Of a stretch of 25,347 nucleotides of DNA, positions 1-8,883 are shown piece after piece. Origin of the DNA: Candidatus Hydrogenedentota bacterium. GTDB lineage: Bacteria; Hydrogenedentota; Hydrogenedentia; Hydrogenedentales; GCA-2746185. The DNA is taken from assembly GCA_046583315.1 (NCBI GenBank), contig JAYGCN010000300.1, forward strand, positions 1 to 25,347. Reading direction: 5' to 3'. The position numbers and the translations under genes were made by a program. The notes below the pieces were generated by a model, which was not told the DNA's origin, searched no databases, and was given only the letters and a program-made list of their open reading frames with translations. The stretch's first letter is position 1. Each line of letters opens with the position of its first letter.

Positions 1-135
1 ACCGTTCATGATTTCCACGCAACGATGCTCCACCAACTGGGTATCGACCACAAACGACTCACGTATCGATTTCAGGGCCGTGATTTTCGCCTCACCGATG
101 TTGCAGGAAATGTAGTCCAGAAAATCATCGCCTGA
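1..135 (+). CDS. DUF1501 domain-containing protein, 3' end only (partial)
   Basis: Frame 1 translates to [44 protein letters not shown], the characteristic DUF1501 C-terminus ([29 protein letters not shown]). Not in the ORF track. Confidence 0.88.
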   Translation, partial: TVHDFHATMLHQLGIDHKRLTYRFQGRDFRLTDVAGNVVQKIIA

Positions 136-213
136 GTGAGCGTGTACTTTTTTTGTCGGGCATAAACGTGCGTAATACTCGCCTAAAAGTGAATGGCTAA
201 TTCAATAATTTAC

Positions 214-243
214 GCTGAGAATCAGTCTGTAGCGAATCTCAGC
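214..243. terminator. Imperfect hairpin between convergent DUF1501 and gshA; possible terminator
   Basis: GCTGAGAATC (214-223) and GAATCTCAGC (234-243) pair at 9/10 positions around a 10-nt loop. No clear U-tract. Confidence 0.3.
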
Positions 244-259
244 ACCACCATTTATATTT

Positions 260-1726
260 CTATTCGCCGGGGGGTGGATTAATGTGGCGCTCGATCTCGA
301 TTCTGAATTGCGTATCGGGTTTGATTGATTGCAATGCTTGAGCGTTTGTCCTGGCGATGGTCATTCCGAAATCCAGGAACTCCTGGTTGTTATCGAGAAG
401 ATGTGTCAAGTGTCGACCGGAGGGTGTCAACTCGGGCGACTCCCACTTTGCTTGCTGCTGTTTCAACGACTCTTGATAGATGTCCGTGCTGCTTTCGCGA
501 TCGAGTTCCTCTGCAACGGGCTGCAGACTCTGGCAAAAACGGCGCCCTTGATCATGGAAGCCTGAAGGTGTGCCGTTTAGGGGCACGACGAGCCCTTTCT
601 CCCTGCCGCGCCAGACCACGTTGCGATGGGTGCCGCGCAGTTCGCGGATTTCCTGTTTCGCGAGCGGTGGACTGGGATTTGTCAGACTATCCAGAAACAA
701 CATGTGTAAAAACGTCGCCGCGCAGGGATCGACGCCCTCGGGATGATCGGGATCGATGTCGAGCAATCGGGTCTCCAGATAGGCGACCCCTGATCGTTGT
801 AGCGCATCGAGGAGGGATTCGCCTTGCGCTGAGTGCTGCTTTGGTCGAAACAGGGCGTACAATTCTTGTTCACTCTGCAGATAGTTGGCATTGAGTTGCG
901 CATTGCCGTCGTTTGCGAACGAGAGGTAATCCGGATTGCAGGTAGTCAATGCAGTCGTGAGATCGCGGGAAAATTCTTCCAATGAGTTGTAACTCATGGG
1001 CAGACGATCCTGTACTTCGCTGGTGTAGCCTATCTCGCTCAAGCGAAGTGAGGTCGCGAATTCACCGTATAGCGTTGACGACTTATGTGCCTTCAGTCTT
1101 TCGGAGGAGGACACCGCGTAGCTAGAATCGAAGGCGGGTGATGCTCCAAAGAGATACGTGAGATACGGCATTTGTCTATAGAGATTTCGAATAATATGAA
1201 AGTAGACATCCGAAGCTGAATTGTGGGGTGATACTCGTTGCGATCGTTCCGATATCCGCGCCATGCTGTCTACGCTCAACGAAAAGTTGTAATGCACTCC
1301 GGAAAGCGTGTATCTGCGCCGACCGTACCTGAGCCCTAGTCCCTGGCGATACATCGTCTTCTCCTGGCCCTCGGGAGAATCCCCGTAGGCGGCCAGTGGT
1401 ATCTCAGATTCGTCTTCCGGCAAGCGCGGCGGCATGCTGAACGGCCACAACCATTCATTGTCGAGCCGCTCGGAGGCCAATTTGTGAATCTGGCGCAGAC
1501 TGTGTAGGGAATCGTTCATATTAGAATGCGGAGATGTTCTGAATTCGAGCTGTGATTCCGCGAAATCCGTCGTAATGTAGGGATGCGTCAAACTCGGACC
1601 CAGTGATAGCGGATGCGTCGTTCTTGAAAGCAATCCTTCTGGAGTGACACGAATGCTTTCCCGCTCGAAGCCATGCAGAGCGTCGTTTTTGATAGTGGGT
1701 TCCTGTTCCGGCGGATCACTCGACAC
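260..1726 (-). CDS. gshA: Glutamate--cysteine ligase (gamma-glutamylcysteine synthetase), stand-alone
   Basis: Motifs GFERESIR, HPYITTDFAESQLE, WPFSMP, SGVHYNFS, ATSLRLSEIGY, ELYALFRPK and YLETRLLD. GTG start preceded by a GGAAGGGAG RBS. Confidence 0.93.
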   Translation of the reverse strand: MSSDPPEQEPTIKNDALHGFERESIRVTPEGLLSRTTHPLSLGPSLTHPYITTDFAESQLEFRTSPHSNMNDSLHSLRQIHKLASERLDNEWLWPFSMPPRLPEDESEIPLAAYGDSPEGQEKTMYRQGLGLRYGRRRYTLSGVHYNFSLSVDSMARISERSQRVSPHNSASDVYFHIIRNLYRQMPYLTYLFGASPAFDSSYAVSSSERLKAHKSSTLYGEFATSLRLSEIGYTSEVQDRLPMSYNSLEEFSRDLTTALTTCNPDYLSFANDGNAQLNANYLQSEQELYALFRPKQHSAQGESLLDALQRSGVAYLETRLLDIDPDHPEGVDPCAATFLHMLFLDSLTNPSPPLAKQEIRELRGTHRNVVWRGREKGLVVPLNGTPSGFHDQGRRFCQSLQPVAEELDRESSTDIYQESLKQQQAKWESPELTPSGRHLTHLLDNNQEFLDFGMTIARTNAQALQSIKPDTQFRIEIERHINPPPGE

Positions 1727-1802
1727 AACTACTCCCTTCCGTGACAGTCTGACCCGTACTCTGTGTGCGTAGCATAAACAACCAGACTCGGGGGTCGCCG
1801 CG

Positions 1803-2585
1803 CTATTGCTCCAGATACCCTTTGCAATTTCGAATACCTACAGCTGGCGGGTCTTTTGCGGGCCCGGCGAAACATTGGGCGATGGACATCCACTGGGTCG
1901 CGGTTTCTCCTACAACCTTTAGATGGACATCGCCGATGTTTCTTCCCTGTGTCGCAACGTGTGCAAATTCGACCGCAGAGCCTTCGACATAATCTGTATC
2001 GTTCGGCGTTCCGAATTCCCAGAGTTCTCCGGAGGGGGCCGTCAGTTTGACGTAGGGCATATCGGCGGGCACATCCATTTTTCGATTCACGAAGGTCCAA
2101 CCGAAGGTTTTCACGCCAAGAACGACGATATTTCTAATGCGATCGGTGTTGTTACGAACGTCATCGAATTCATCGTAAATATCTTGCGCGTGGGCCCATG
2201 TTTCCATTTGCCGCGCGGTGGTAAACATGCGAATGCCCATGTCAGGCCCGAACCATGGCACGCGTGCATCCGGCTCTAGATTCCCCATCAGTTCGCACAT
2301 TTCGCTGAAGTATTTCCACCACATCTCCATCAGTTCCGTCCCTTTAAGAGTGCCGCCCATGGGGTCCACATCTTTTGCACGTTCGGCTATCGTATCTCGA
2401 AATCCCTGGGGATCTTTGAGGGAGTAAACGGCGGCGAAGTCGGAACCATGAAGATGCTGCACGACCTGGTTTACGGTGAGATTCTTGAAGGGGGTATGAA
2501 CGGTCCACTGATCGTCGGTCAGTGTCTTCAGATAGGCGTAGAAGTCCTCCCCTTCCTCTTTCAAATCGACCACTTGTGGAAACAT
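1803..2585 (-). CDS. TIGR03084-family metal-binding protein (MDMPI/DinB-like N-terminal domain plus 'wyosine formation'-type C-terminal domain)
   Basis: Motifs WTVHTPFKNLTVNQVVQHL, RVPWFGPDM, ARQMETWAHAQD, LTAPSGELW and WMSIAQCFAGP. AAGGAG lies upstream of ATG 2585. Confidence 0.85.
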   Translation of the reverse strand: MFPQVVDLKEEGEDFYAYLKTLTDDQWTVHTPFKNLTVNQVVQHLHGSDFAAVYSLKDPQGFRDTIAERAKDVDPMGGTLKGTELMEMWWKYFSEMCELMGNLEPDARVPWFGPDMGIRMFTTARQMETWAHAQDIYDEFDDVRNNTDRIRNIVVLGVKTFGWTFVNRKMDVPADMPYVKLTAPSGELWEFGTPNDTDYVEGSAVEFAHVATQGRNIGDVHLKVVGETATQWMSIAQCFAGPAKDPPAVGIRNCKGYLEQ

Positions 2586-2626
2586 CAATAACTCCTTTAT
2601 ATGATTTCGATAACTAAGCTCTCAAT

Positions 2627-2654
2627 AGTATGCCATTTCGCCAACGAATCGCAA
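2627..2654 (-). promoter_or_regulatory. Putative sigma70-type promoter for TIGR03084-gshA
   Basis: Minus strand reads TTGCGA-N16-CATACT with a TG just upstream of the -10. Confidence 0.35.
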
Positions 2655-2700
2655 TCCGACACGGAGCGGGCGACAGCGAGTCATGGAGGAGGATTTCGAA

Positions 2701-2729
2701 TTGAGTGTGGGTCAACCCAACGCTATACT
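2701..2729 (+). promoter_or_regulatory. Putative sigma70-type promoter for the ATP-grasp/GST genes
   Basis: TTGAGT (2701-2706), 17-nt spacer, TATACT (2724-2729). It supports a start at 2784 rather than 2601. Confidence 0.6.
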
Positions 2730-2783
2730 AACCCTTGCAACGACCCTCCAAATGTGGAGGCGAACCTCTGGAAGAAGGCGACT

Positions 2784-3782
2784 TTGAGCGATAGCGACTT
2801 TTCATTAGAAGGGTATGACGATCTGGAACTCTCCACCCAGATCATTATCCGCGACGCGCGGAATCGCGGAATCGAGGTGAGTGTTCTTGACAGGAAGAGT
2901 AGTTTTCTGAGGCTCGAAAAGGACGGCACCATCGAGTACGTGAAGCAGGCGACGAAGACGTCGAAGGACAGCTATGTCGCGTTTCTGGTTATGGAGAACA
3001 AGACGGTCTGTAATCAGATACTGCGAGAGAAAGGTCTGGTTGTGCCGGAGGGCATGACGTTTGATACCGTTGAACACGCGCTGAAGTTTTGCCGCTCCGT
3101 GTCCTGGAATAAGCTGGTGATCAAGCCTGCTACGACGAATTTCGGAATTGGGATTACGATTGCCGATGCGCGAACCCCACAATCCGGTCTGGAGACGGCA
3201 ATTCTCGATGCGTTGTCACTTTCGGAAACGGTTATTGTGGAGGAATTCATTCCGGGAGACGAATACAGATTTTTGGTTGTTGGTTTTAAAGCGATTGCTG
3301 TCTGTCGGAGAGTCGCGGCAAACGTCGTCGGAGACGGTGTTTCCAGCATCGGCAAACTTGTGGAGGACAAGAATCGGGATCCGAGACGAGGCACAGGGTA
3401 TGTTACGCCATTGGAAAAAATTGATTTGGGCGACACGGAACTGGGCGTACTGCGCGATGACTACGGCTACGATGCCGCATCGATTGCGTCGGAAGGCGAA
3501 ACGGTGTATCTGCGACGCAACTCGAATATCAGCACGGGGGGCGACTCTATCGATGCGACTGATCGTGTAGACGATTTCTACGAGCGCATCGCCGAAGAGG
3601 CTGCACGATGTGTTGGCGCGCGTGTTTGCGGCGTTGACCTGATTCTGCCGCGTCCCGAGCAAGAGGACAACTATTCGATCCTGGAGCTGAATTTTAATCC
3701 GGTGCTTTACATTCATAACTATCCCTTCGAAGGGGAAAACAGGCGCGTGGGCGAAAAAATTTTGGATCTACTTGGCTTCTGA
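2784..3782 (+). CDS. Stand-alone GshF/GshAB-type glutathione synthetase ATP-grasp domain
   Basis: Motifs LELSTQ, EYVKQATKTSKDSY, MENKTV, VIKPATTNFGIGI, EYRFLV, ANVVGDG, LRRNSNISTGGDSID and LELNFNP match the C-terminal half of GshF rather than E. coli-type GshB. Likely TTG start at 2784 after GAAGAAGG. Confidence 0.85.
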   Translation: MSDSDFSLEGYDDLELSTQIIIRDARNRGIEVSVLDRKSSFLRLEKDGTIEYVKQATKTSKDSYVAFLVMENKTVCNQILREKGLVVPEGMTFDTVEHALKFCRSVSWNKLVIKPATTNFGIGITIADARTPQSGLETAILDALSLSETVIVEEFIPGDEYRFLVVGFKAIAVCRRVAANVVGDGVSSIGKLVEDKNRDPRRGTGYVTPLEKIDLGDTELGVLRDDYGYDAASIASEGETVYLRRNSNISTGGDSIDATDRVDDFYERIAEEAARCVGARVCGVDLILPRPEQEDNYSILELNFNPVLYIHNYPFEGENRRVGEKILDLLGF

Positions 3783-3849
3783 TTTATTGGAAGTATCATT
3801 GCAATGAAGACGACGGTGAGAATTGGATGCATACAGGAGATTACGAACA

Positions 3850-4902
3850 ATGGCTGAAGAGAGAGTAATTCAGGAAGTAATGGGCGCGCCGGGATCGCCC
3901 TATACGCGAAAGATGTTGGCGACGATGCGATATCGGCAGATTCCATATCGCTTTGAACGGCAATCGCGTTCGGTGCCCAGTGCAGACGACAAGCATCGCA
4001 AAACCCGTCCCGACGCGAAAGTCCCCTTGTTGCCTACATTCTATTTTACCAATGAGGATGGCGACGCCATTGCCGTGACGGATTCCAGCCCGCTCATTCG
4101 CAAATTTGAAAAGGAATATGAAGGGCGCTCCGTAATTCCTTCGGATCCAGCGCTTGCGTTTATCAATATGCTGCTGGAAGACTATGCGGATGAATGGCTG
4201 ACCAAGGCCATGTTCCATTATCGCCGGTACTATGATGCGGACATCGAAAAAGCGGGGCAGATTCTCCCGCGCTGGGGCGGTGTGAACATGCCCGAAGACG
4301 AAGTGCAGGCGATGAACAAGTATATTTGCGAACGGCAGATTGGGCGCTTGTCCTACGTCGGTTCAAATGAAACGACAAAACCAGTCATCGAGGCCAGCTT
4401 CCAACGTCTCATCCATATGCTCGACAAACATTTCACGGACTATCCGTTTCTCCTGGGTGAACGTCCGAGCTCGTGCGACTTCGCCTTCTACGGTCAGTTG
4501 ACCTGTCTTGCGCTTTTCGACCCGACGCCGCAAAAAATCATCCTCGATGAGTGTCCTCGCGTATACGCGTGGGTGGAAATCGTCGAAGATTTATCGGGCT
4601 ATCTCGTGGAGGAGGATGATTGGATTGATGTAGACAACCTGCCGGAGACGTTGAAAGAAATTCTGAACGAAATCGGTCGACTCTATGCGCCGTATCTGGT
4701 TGGTAACGCGAAGGCTGTGATGGCGAAGGCAGAAAAACTCGAAATGGAGCTGGATAGCCAGCCGTGGGAACAGGCGCCGTTTACCTATCAGGCGAAATGT
4801 CTGATGTGGCTTCGTGAGACGTACGGCGAGTTAAGCGATAATGATCGCACGCGGGTTGACAGGGTTTTGGAAGGCACGGGTGTTCTGCAACTGTTTACTT
4901 AG
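3850..4902 (+). CDS. Glutathione S-transferase family protein (long, ~350 aa type)
   Basis: Motifs [36 protein letters not shown] and [27 protein letters not shown] before ATG 3850. Confidence 0.85.
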   Translation: MAEERVIQEVMGAPGSPYTRKMLATMRYRQIPYRFERQSRSVPSADDKHRKTRPDAKVPLLPTFYFTNEDGDAIAVTDSSPLIRKFEKEYEGRSVIPSDPALAFINMLLEDYADEWLTKAMFHYRRYYDADIEKAGQILPRWGGVNMPEDEVQAMNKYICERQIGRLSYVGSNETTKPVIEASFQRLIHMLDKHFTDYPFLLGERPSSCDFAFYGQLTCLALFDPTPQKIILDECPRVYAWVEIVEDLSGYLVEEDDWIDVDNLPETLKEILNEIGRLYAPYLVGNAKAVMAKAEKLEMELDSQPWEQAPFTYQAKCLMWLRETYGELSDNDRTRVDRVLEGTGVLQLFT

Positions 4903-5582
4903 GTCTGCACTGATTTCCGGGCATTCCTAATGAATTCTTCGGCACCCTCTTTGTCGTCGACCAGGCTCTTGGATGCAACCGGTACGTTAATGCCGCATTG
5001 CAGGGCGGGTCGTTCCTTCATGGCTGTCATCCAGCGATCGAGATTTTCCAAACCGTCGCGGGATACCCCCGACCACTTGTAGGTGCGCACCCAACACCAG
5101 TTGGCGATGTCGGCGATGGAATAGTCATCGGCCAGCCACTCGCTTTGACCCAGTCGCGTATCGAGCACTTCGAAGAGTCGGCGACTTTCGTTTTGGTAGC
5201 GATCGATTGCAGGTTGAATCTTTTCCGGGAAATAGCGGGCGAAGACGTTTGCCTGTCCCATCATGGGGCCGATGCCCGCCATCTGAAACATGAGCCACTG
5301 AATCACCCTGGAGCGTCCCTTTTCATCGGTCGGCATGAGCTTGCCAGTTTTTTCCGCAAGGTAAATCATGATGGCACCCGATTCAAACACGACAAAGTCG
5401 TCGTTGTCATGATCGATGATGGTTGGAATTCGGCCGTTCGGATTTAGCGCGCGATACCCGGGCTCCTTCTGCTCACCCTTTGCAAGATTGACAGGTTTGA
5501 CCTCATAGTCCAGTGCCAATTCTTCCAAGGTGCAGGAAATTTTATGCCCGTTTGGAGTAGGTGCTGTGTATAAATCGATCAT
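4899..5582 (-). CDS. Glutathione S-transferase, Nu class (YfcG/YghU/Ure2p-like)
   Basis: Motifs [50 protein letters not shown] and YSIADIA. Confidence 0.92.
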   Translation of the reverse strand: MIDLYTAPTPNGHKISCTLEELALDYEVKPVNLAKGEQKEPGYRALNPNGRIPTIIDHDNDDFVVFESGAIMIYLAEKTGKLMPTDEKGRSRVIQWLMFQMAGIGPMMGQANVFARYFPEKIQPAIDRYQNESRRLFEVLDTRLGQSEWLADDYSIADIANWCWVRTYKWSGVSRDGLENLDRWMTAMKERPALQCGINVPVASKSLVDDKEGAEEFIRNARKSVQT

Positions 5583-5617
5583 AAGAATCTCAATTAGAAA
5601 ACAAATTGGTTGTGAAT

Positions 5618-6226
5618 CTAGGATTGCTTAAGAATTTCTTCTTCGATCTGGCCAAGCCGTTCTTTTCCGAAAAACATTTCGTCGCCGACAAAAAAAGTAG
5701 GGATGCCGAAGGTGCCGCGTTCCACAGCCTTCGTGGTGTTGTCTATCAATTTCGCTTTGACGGCGTCATCCTTCGTTCGTTCGAGGAGTTCGGCTCCATC
5801 GAAACCGGCCTTTGTCATGGCGTCCACATACACCTCGGGGTCATCCATTTTGAGGCCTTGCTCCCACATTGCACAGGTACCGGCCTCGATGTATTCGGCC
5901 AGGCGCCCATCTATTTCAGCCGCGATCGCTCCACGCACCAGGAGTAGTGAGTTGACCGGAAAGTGTGGATTGAAGACGAACTTGTCGAGCTTATGCTTTG
6001 CAATGAACCGCGCCGTCTCCAATCGATCGTAGTCGAGTTTGCCCTTGATATCAGCAAACGCAATCATGGGTGCCAGGTTTCCGGTCGCCTTGAATATCCC
6101 TCCCAACAGGCAAGGGATATAGTTGAATGTAGCGCCCGTTCGCTCCTCGATTTCCGGAATGACGCGATGCGTGAAGTACGCATTGGGGCTTGCAAAATCA
6201 AAAATAAAGTCTACAGTTACAGGCAT
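5618..6226 (-). CDS. 2-hydroxychromene-2-carboxylate isomerase / kappa-class GST (DsbA-like fold)
   Basis: Motifs [33 protein letters not shown] and [31 protein letters not shown]. Confidence 0.9.
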   Translation of the reverse strand: MPVTVDFIFDFASPNAYFTHRVIPEIEERTGATFNYIPCLLGGIFKATGNLAPMIAFADIKGKLDYDRLETARFIAKHKLDKFVFNPHFPVNSLLLVRGAIAAEIDGRLAEYIEAGTCAMWEQGLKMDDPEVYVDAMTKAGFDGAELLERTKDDAVKAKLIDNTTKAVERGTFGIPTFFVGDEMFFGKERLGQIEEEILKQS

Positions 6227-6237
6227 TGTTGGGTCTC

Positions 6238-6972
6238 CTACCAGGGTTCTTTCCAGGGTCTTAGGTCTATTTCATGTGTCCAGGCCGTGCGCGGCTGCTT
6301 GTGCAGTGCCACGTAGTTTTGAGCGATGTGATCCGGGTTCAAAATGGCGTCCTCTTCCCGACGTTGGTCCGCGTCGGGAAGCCGTTCCCGGATGAAGTCG
6401 GAGTCGATCGCGCCATCGATCACGACATGGGCTACGTGTATATTCTTCGGTCCAAGTTCGCGCGCCATGGATTGCGAAAGCGCCCGCAACCCGTGTTTCG
6501 CACCCGCAAAGGCAGCAAATCCTGATCGTCCACGGGTGGAGGACGTTGCGCCCGTAAACAGAATTGTGCCGTGTTCGCGTTCAATCATGCGTTTTGCCAC
6601 TTCGCGCCCCATGAGAAAACCGGCGAAACATCCCATCTCCCAGACCTTGCGATACACGCGGCTGGTCGTCTCGGTAATCGAAAACTGCACGTTCGCTCCG
6701 ATATTGAAAACGGCGACTTCAATGGGCGCGATATCGGATTCGATTTTCTCGACGAGTGCGATCATTGCATCTTCTTCGCGCGCATCCGAAGGCATGGCGA
6801 CCGCCTTATGTCCGTCATCACGAATGCTCTGGGCAAGTCGTTCCAGTTCGTCGGCGTGACGCTCTCGACGGGTAATACAAGTAATGAGTCCTTCCTTCGC
6901 GAAGGCACGCGCTATGGCGGCTCCCGTAGCATCCCCCGCTCCGATTACCAGACATGACCGTTCTTCGCTCAA
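6238..6972 (-). CDS. Short-chain dehydrogenase/reductase, atypical (Phe in place of the catalytic Tyr)
   Basis: Rossmann motif VIGAGDATG, plus FNIGAN, FTGATSS, FAGAK and HVVIDG. A TTG start at 6972 has an AGGAGAGG RBS; the ORF is open to ATG 7035. Confidence 0.88.
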   Translation of the reverse strand: MSEERSCLVIGAGDATGAAIARAFAKEGLITCITRRERHADELERLAQSIRDDGHKAVAMPSDAREEDAMIALVEKIESDIAPIEVAVFNIGANVQFSITETTSRVYRKVWEMGCFAGFLMGREVAKRMIEREHGTILFTGATSSTRGRSGFAAFAGAKHGLRALSQSMARELGPKNIHVAHVVIDGAIDSDFIRERLPDADQRREEDAILNPDHIAQNYVALHKQPRTAWTHEIDLRPWKEPW

Positions 6973-7050
6973 ATCGCCTCTCCTATTTTCATTAATCTGT
7001 TCTGGACTAAATCGTTCTACAGACGTATTGGCCATCCCAGCAGCGGGCGG

Positions 7051-8829
7051 TCATCGATCATACCAAATGGGTGAGGTGTAAGCCCGCTCCTGTAGCGTCC
7101 GCGGTACATCGGAGGGAAATGGTTTGCCCAATTCGACCTCATCGTACAGGTTCCAGCGCGGCGTGGGGATTTCGAGAACGCGCAGGTAGTAGAATGCGTT
7201 TTGGTCCGCATTGAAGTCCGGGTCCTGCCAATTTGCCATAAGTTCGACGGACCCAATCGAGTTGGAATATTCCGCCGTCTTGAGATTGACGGTGTTGCCT
7301 ACTGGTGGGAGTTTCCCTGTACCCGAATCCAGCACGCGGTTGTCTGACCAGCACACGTCGTACACTTTTTCTTGACTCTTCCCGTCTTGCGACCATCCTT
7401 TGACGATTTGTATTCGATCGAGATTCGCGCTCTCCGGATCTTTGATTGCCCATACGGCAAAACTGGGAGCGCCGTTTTCATCCGACGCCTTCAGCGCTCC
7501 CCCCATCGACACACCCTTGCTATACGCCGCCTCGATCCAACCCTCGGCTCCTGGCGTGACATCCTTCATATCAAAGCCTCCAAAGAAACGTACGATAATA
7601 CGAGGACCGGAGGTGCCCCAGGTCTCTTTTCGCCTGAGTGATTCGTAGATGCTCTCGCGTGTATTTTCTTTTGACCAGACGCCGGCGAGTCCAGAGGCGC
7701 CGTATTCCATTCTGTTCCGCGGTCCAGCGATGCGTACTTCGGGCGAGCCGTCCAACGTACCGAGTTTTCCCGAGTAGTTCTTTTCGGTCAGCGGCGTAAT
7801 GCCTGTGTGGCTGTCGGTCGAACCCATGAGGCCGAATCGGTAGGGGTTGAAGCCTTTCGTGTCCTGGAACTCAAGGCCGATTCGATAGGCATCACGCACG
7901 TAGCTGCCCGCGAACTTTGTGATTCTGATGGGCGATGCGACGCGCTGTCCGTCGATCTCGAAGTCCGCAAACTCGTCGTTGGGACTGAGGATCGGGTGGG
8001 TTTCCGAGGTCCCTTTGACCTGCGTCACCTCAACCAGCGGCTCATTCCGATTGCGTTGATCGGCGTAGGCCCTTGAGAAGGGCGTGTCCCAACTGGTCTC
8101 GCGTTCGAACATGCGTCCGTCCGACTTGTTGGAATTGTGCGGAATGGCCAGCGCTTCGTAACCGTCTACCCGAATACCGTCCATCCACATCCAAAGATCT
8201 TCGGGTTTTTGGGAATCTACCCGCGTAAACGGAACGGGTGCAGAATCACCTTTGAAGATTACATTTCGATGCATGTTCATGCCGTTGTCGGAAGTGGACC
8301 ATTCGTAGCCGATGAAGGTCGTGAATTTTCCTGGTTCGTAATGCCGGTTCGCCGAAGCAATGACTTCATCCCACGTATCGCGTAGGATGCTCGGGTCGTA
8401 CATGGGCCCACTCGTATCGTTACTGCGAGCCTGGGCTACAATCTCACTGAACGCGGAACTACGCACACTCGGATCAGCGCTGTTTATTTTTGTGGCAATC
8501 GGATGTTTAGATAGCGGATGGTTCTCATCCGCCATTTTGGAAATAACGCCCATAAAGACGCCATGGTCCGTCACGGCCATAAAATCGAGGGGCCGCTCCA
8601 ATTGAAAGGTCTTGCCGAGCGGGTGTTTTAGCGGCTTGCCCTTGGCAAAGTTGTAGGCATCGTCCGGCGTAGCACGTGTGTTAAAGGCGTAGGCGTCAAA
8701 GGAAAAAGCCGTGTGAATGTGCAGTTCACCGAACAGCGGCTTTCGATCCGCTTCGTCCTGGGCAAGACCACTCGCAGATACCCCTAGACTCAGCAAACCT
8801 ATCAAGATTTTTTCCGACCTGATAAACAT
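7051..8829 (-). CDS. DUF3604 domain-containing secreted protein (PHP-like metal-binding fold)
   Basis: Motifs FGELHIHTAFSFDA, AVTDHG, IGYEWS, HRNVIF, IPHNSN, QVKGTSETHP, TDSHTG and ERAYTSPIWY. N-terminal signal peptide; AAGGAG upstream of ATG 8829. Confidence 0.88.
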   Translation of the reverse strand: MFIRSEKILIGLLSLGVSASGLAQDEADRKPLFGELHIHTAFSFDAYAFNTRATPDDAYNFAKGKPLKHPLGKTFQLERPLDFMAVTDHGVFMGVISKMADENHPLSKHPIATKINSADPSVRSSAFSEIVAQARSNDTSGPMYDPSILRDTWDEVIASANRHYEPGKFTTFIGYEWSTSDNGMNMHRNVIFKGDSAPVPFTRVDSQKPEDLWMWMDGIRVDGYEALAIPHNSNKSDGRMFERETSWDTPFSRAYADQRNRNEPLVEVTQVKGTSETHPILSPNDEFADFEIDGQRVASPIRITKFAGSYVRDAYRIGLEFQDTKGFNPYRFGLMGSTDSHTGITPLTEKNYSGKLGTLDGSPEVRIAGPRNRMEYGASGLAGVWSKENTRESIYESLRRKETWGTSGPRIIVRFFGGFDMKDVTPGAEGWIEAAYSKGVSMGGALKASDENGAPSFAVWAIKDPESANLDRIQIVKGWSQDGKSQEKVYDVCWSDNRVLDSGTGKLPPVGNTVNLKTAEYSNSIGSVELMANWQDPDFNADQNAFYYLRVLEIPTPRWNLYDEVELGKPFPSDVPRTLQERAYTSPIWYDR

Positions 8830-8883
8830 TATGTGCGAACTCCTTATACGGTTCTGACGATATGACTTGCACGGCGACATCGC

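Noticed and set aside
2601..2783. N-terminal extensions in the ORF track (also 8830-8880, 9676-9819, 14051-14158, 16826-16897, 18114-18239)
   Set aside because: They have no family-like sequence and overlap predicted promoters or neighbouring genes. Downstream starts have better RBSs or signal peptides.
4216..4233. HYRRYY in the long GST where I expected HYRW
   Set aside because: It is a single possible TGG->CGG change in an otherwise intact gene and cannot be judged without an alignment.
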